This document shows, piece after piece, positions 33,068-35,824 of a DNA stretch of 35,824 bases. This stretch comes from an uncultured Clostridia bacterium (lineage in GTDB: Bacteria; Bacillota; Clostridia; Christensenellales; UBA1242). Both the position numbers and the translations under genes were made by a program. The notes under the pieces were generated by a model. That model worked only from the letters and a program-made list of their open reading frames with translations, had not been told where the DNA came from and searched no databases. The stretch is taken from positions 1 through 35,824 of the forward strand of contig CALVTI010000041.1 of assembly GCA_944361835.1 (NCBI GenBank), written 5' to 3'. Each line of letters starts with the position of its first letter. Position 1 is the stretch's first letter.

Positions 33068-33997
33068 TTAATTTATAAGAAAACTATTTATAATCAGCTC
33101 TGTGGCTTCAGCTTCAGTCAGTCCAAGCGTCATAAGTTTTGTGAGCTGTTCGCCAGCTATTTTCCCTATTGCAGCTTCATGCGAAAGTTCAGCCTGACTA
33201 GACCTTGCGTCAACCTTAGGCGTCGAAACTATACGCCCCTTGTCTAGAAGTATGCCGTCACACTCGACATGCCCAAGACAGGCGTTCTCACCAATTATAT
33301 TTGACTCAAAAATTTGTTTTGACTTATCTTTTGCCACGCTGTGGCTAATAACGTCTGCGCTAGAGCTTTTCCCTTTTAGCCAGACTTTGAAAGAGGTTTT
33401 TACTGTCTGCCTGTCTGTCGTCAAAACATTTTCTTTTATTATGAGTTTTGCGCCGTCCTCCAAAGTCGCCTCCGTAAGTCTCACGCTGTCACTGACTCCG
33501 CCAATTTGAAGTGTTTCCATTTTCATAATTGAGTTTTGTTTTTGATAAATTTGAGTCGTCGGGTTTAAAATTTTCTTACCAGAGCCTTCTCCCTCGCCGA
33601 GGTGCTTTTCATAGTACATTACTTTAGTGTTTTTCTCTAAATGAAAACTGTGAATGCCATTGTGACGGCTGTCATTACAGCTAGAATTGTGTATCCCACA
33701 CCCGGCTATTATTGTAACATCGCTGTTCTCACCAATGTAAAAATCGTTGTAGACCAGGTCGTCCACCCCGCCCTCTGTGATTATAACAGGGAGATGCATG
33801 CTCTTGCCTTTTGTGTTTGGCTTTACAAATATGTCAATGCCACTTTTATCCTTTTTAGGCACAATTTCTATATCTTTTGTACTGCCTAGCCCCATACTTT
33901 CGCCGTTTTTTCTTAAGCTGTACGCCCCTGAAGGAATTTTATGGAGCTCCGCCACTTGTATAAGGAGCTCTTTTTCTATTTGGCTCAATTTGTTCAT
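33068..33997 (-). CDS. SufB/SufD-family Fe-S cluster assembly scaffold-like protein (short form)
   Basis: The C-terminal LSHEAAIGKIAGEQLTKLMTLGLTEAEATELIINSF matches the SufB/SufD C-terminal signature. The ATG at 33997 overlaps the sufC TGA (ATGA), with GGGAGG upstream. Confidence 0.7.
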   Translation of the reverse strand: MNKLSQIEKELLIQVAELHKIPSGAYSLRKNGESMGLGSTKDIEIVPKKDKSGIDIFVKPNTKGKSMHLPVIITEGGVDDLVYNDFYIGENSDVTIIAGCGIHNSSCNDSRHNGIHSFHLEKNTKVMYYEKHLGEGEGSGKKILNPTTQIYQKQNSIMKMETLQIGGVSDSVRLTEATLEDGAKLIIKENVLTTDRQTVKTSFKVWLKGKSSSADVISHSVAKDKSKQIFESNIIGENACLGHVECDGILLDKGRIVSTPKVDARSSQAELSHEAAIGKIAGEQLTKLMTLGLTEAEATELIINSFLIN

Positions 33998-34674
33998 GCA
34001 AGCCTCCCACATTTTCCCACCTTGACATCGTCAAGTGTGCCTCTTTTTACCACTTTGCCAGAGTCGAGCAAGATGACCTCATGAGCTATCTCCATAATCT
34101 TCTCTTGATGGCTAATGATGATGCTTGTCCCAGAGATGTTTTTAAAAATGTCTATGAGCGAGTCAAAGCTCCAAAGGTCTATGCCAGCTTCTGGCTCATC
34201 GAAAAGGTTTAGGCTGGCTCTTCTAGCTAAACAAAGCGCAAGCTCAATACGCTTGGATTCTCCGCCCGAAAGTTTGTCATCATAGAGCCTATCAATATAT
34301 TCTCTAGCGCAAAGTCCTACCTTTGAAAGGTATTCACAGCTCTCTTTAATTCCCGAACTACCTACTATTTCAAAGAGCTTTTTTACTGTTATGCCTTTAA
34401 ACTTTACAGGTTGCTGAAAAGCATAAGAAAAGCCAAGCTTAGCCCTTTCGTGGATAGACAGCTTTGATATGTTTTGACCGTCGAAAATTACCTCTCCACT
34501 TGTAGGCGCAATAATGCCCATAATAATTTTTAAAAGCGTACTTTTGCCACTTCCGTTTTGGCCTGTTATAACATAAACTTTATTGTCGTCAAATTTAAGC
34601 GAAATATCATGAAGAATTTTTTTCTCCACTCCATTTTCTAAAATAGAATAATTTATATTTTTTAATTCCAACAT
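33994..34674 (-). CDS. sufC: SufC-like ABC ATPase
   Basis: Walker A GQNGSGKST, signature LSGGESKR, Walker B LNLFDEPEAGID, H-loop IISHQ. Small size and pairing with a SufB/D-like gene support the call. Confidence 0.75.
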   Translation of the reverse strand: MLELKNINYSILENGVEKKILHDISLKFDDNKVYVITGQNGSGKSTLLKIIMGIIAPTSGEVIFDGQNISKLSIHERAKLGFSYAFQQPVKFKGITVKKLFEIVGSSGIKESCEYLSKVGLCAREYIDRLYDDKLSGGESKRIELALCLARRASLNLFDEPEAGIDLWSFDSLIDIFKNISGTSIIISHQEKIMEIAHEVILLDSGKVVKRGTLDDVKVGKCGRLA

Positions 34675-34693
34675 ACTTTTAACCTATCACTGC

Positions 34694-34723
34694 AGTATAA
34701 CACACCTTTTCTAGCACCGTCAA
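34694..34723 (-). promoter_or_regulatory. Putative promoter of the sufC/sufB-like operon
   Basis: The minus strand reads TTGACG (34723-34718), 18 nt, TATACT (34699-34694) with an extended TG (gTGtTATACT). Confidence 0.5.
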
Positions 34724-34875
34724 TTAAATTCGCAATTACAAAAAATGCTGAAATGTTTTCTCATTTCATAATTTAAAAAATAATTTTTTTAAAAAAATAA
34801 ATAAAAATTATTTTTTTACATTTTTTTACAACATAATACGCTTTAAATGGCACAAATTAAACTCGAGGTGAAAAC

Positions 34876-35607
34876 ATGAAAAAAATATTTTTATTGTCTC
34901 TAGCTCTTGTCTGCATGATGAGCTTAATCTCGAGCCCAATTTTGGCAGAAGGGGCAGAGCAAATCGAAAAAGTGTGCGTAATAGGAACTAGCAAAATTGA
35001 AGCGTCTCCAGACACAGCTGAAATAAGCATAGGCGTGCAAAAGAGAACAGAAACCATAGAGGAAGGCCAAACTGCAATTTCTAGCCTTGTCGAAAATGTC
35101 AAAAATGCTATCTTAGCTGTAGACAGCGAAGCTTCGCTAAACATTTCCTACTCAAGCGTCTATCCAGTATGTGAACACGGCATTCAAGCTTTTGAATTTA
35201 ACTATAATTACACAATTAAGACAAAAGCTTTAGACAAGATAAGCGAGATAGTTAAAGCAGCAGGAAACGCTGGCGCTGTGAGATTTAGCCAACCTAGGTT
35301 CTGCATTGAAAATGAAGAAGAACTCTATTATAACGCTCTCTCTCAAGCCAAACAAAATGCTTCACAAAAAGCAAACGCTATAGCAAGTGGACTAACGCTA
35401 AAAGCTGTCTTTGAGCAATCGGTCTATAGTTATTGTTCACCAAGGAATGATGATAAAATAATTATTGAAGCCTCTATAAAAGCTATATTTGAAAAAAATG
35501 AAAGCCAGGAAAACCTGGCTTTTAATTATTCCTCATCTTCTTCATTGTCTTCTTTTGGTTCTGGCTTAGCTTTCCCATCTATAAGGAAAGAGGAAAACCT
35601 TGAGTAA
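34876..35607 (+). CDS. Secreted SIMPL-domain (DUF541) protein
   Basis: Signal peptide MKKIFLLSLALVCMMSLISSPILAEG and a SIMPL-like start IEASPDTAEISIGVQ. GAGGTG RBS. The last 28 aa or so are a Ser-rich tail that overlaps the convergent gene. Confidence 0.7.
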   Translation: MKKIFLLSLALVCMMSLISSPILAEGAEQIEKVCVIGTSKIEASPDTAEISIGVQKRTETIEEGQTAISSLVENVKNAILAVDSEASLNISYSSVYPVCEHGIQAFEFNYNYTIKTKALDKISEIVKAAGNAGAVRFSQPRFCIENEEELYYNALSQAKQNASQKANAIASGLTLKAVFEQSVYSYCSPRNDDKIIIEASIKAIFEKNESQENLAFNYSSSSSLSSFGSGLAFPSIRKEENLE

Positions 35608-35824
35608 AGCGGAGTCTCTCCTCCCTTTAAATTGTAAATAATAGAAAGTATATAGAACACAGCAGCCCAAATATAGCAAAGTATGTTTATCACAAGCAAA
35701 ATGGTGTTAAATGCCGCAACGCTTGAGCCACCAAAGAGCACAACAAAGTAATTTATAAGGTTAAATAGACCTGTAAACACACTCATGACTACAAAGATAG
35801 TAAGAACTATCAAAAGCGGCTCTA
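35526..35824 (-). CDS. Membrane protein with an acidic C-terminal tail, 5' end probably beyond the window
   Basis: Three hydrophobic segments are followed by ...KPEPKEDNEEDEE*. The frame stays open upstream of the TTG at 35813 to the window edge. Confidence 0.55.
   Translation of the reverse strand, partial: EPLLIVLTIFVVMSVFTGLFNLINYFVVLFGGSSVAAFNTILLVINILCYIWAAVFYILSIIYNLKGGETPLYSRFSSFLIDGKAKPEPKEDNEEDEE

Noticed and set aside
34730-34860. AT-rich spacer with small palindromes (gaaatg-ttttct-catttc; aaaaaataattttttt), considered as an sRNA, riboswitch or repeat element
   Set aside because: The stems are short and AT-only. The sufC promoter leaves only about 20 nt of leader, so no riboswitch fits. 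The region is best explained as divergent promoter and UP-element-like DNA.
1-35824. Search by eye for CRISPR arrays, IS or transposon ends, integrases, prophage genes, tRNA/rRNA genes, and toxin-antitoxin or known defence genes
   Set aside because: No spaced direct repeats beyond the 2-copy 16-mer at 10397-10431 were seen. No transposase- or integrase-like ORFs were found, and no intergenic region exceeds about 200 nt. I could not run tRNAscan or Infernal, so small RNAs inside coding-dense regions cannot be excluded.

Overview
This 35.8-kb window looks like part of a low-GC, Firmicutes/Clostridia-like chromosome with very tight gene packing. It holds about 35 CDS. I could recognise no rRNA or tRNA genes, no CRISPR array, and no transposase, integrase or phage genes. 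The content is overwhelmingly core housekeeping. It includes rRNA/tRNA methyltransferases (rsmA, rsmI, rsmH, rlmN, tlyA, a TrmN6/YabB-like enzyme), tatD, spmA/spmB, a holB-ricT block, a PlsC-like acyltransferase, glmS and cysS. It also includes a MurJ/SpoVB-type flippase, an FtsL-like protein plus a class B PBP, a GlpA-like/DUF1667 flavoprotein operon, an enoate-reductase-type flavoenzyme, a two-gene SufC/SufB-like pair, Ku, a GT2 glycosyltransferase and a SIMPL protein. I do not see a convincing defence island or mobile element. The most unusual object is a 1181-aa protein (19322-22867, minus strand). It has a CvpA-like 4-TM anchor fused to a roughly 980-aa acidic tail that appears internally duplicated and matches no family I recognise. 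It sits directly upstream of rsmH, where mraZ normally lies. The dcw cluster here is split, so rsmH and the ftsL-like/pbp pair converge and share a TTAA double stop. Secondary observations are: (1) a recurring class of genes without Shine-Dalgarno sequences whose extended -10 boxes end 6-7 nt before the start codon, making them leaderless-mRNA candidates; (2) repeated convergent 3' gene overlaps; (3) an orphan ku; (4) missing glmS-ribozyme and T-box leaders; (5) a minimal Suf-like pair; (6) two uncharacterised proteins. All family calls come from motif recognition by eye and from gene context. No database search or computation was run.
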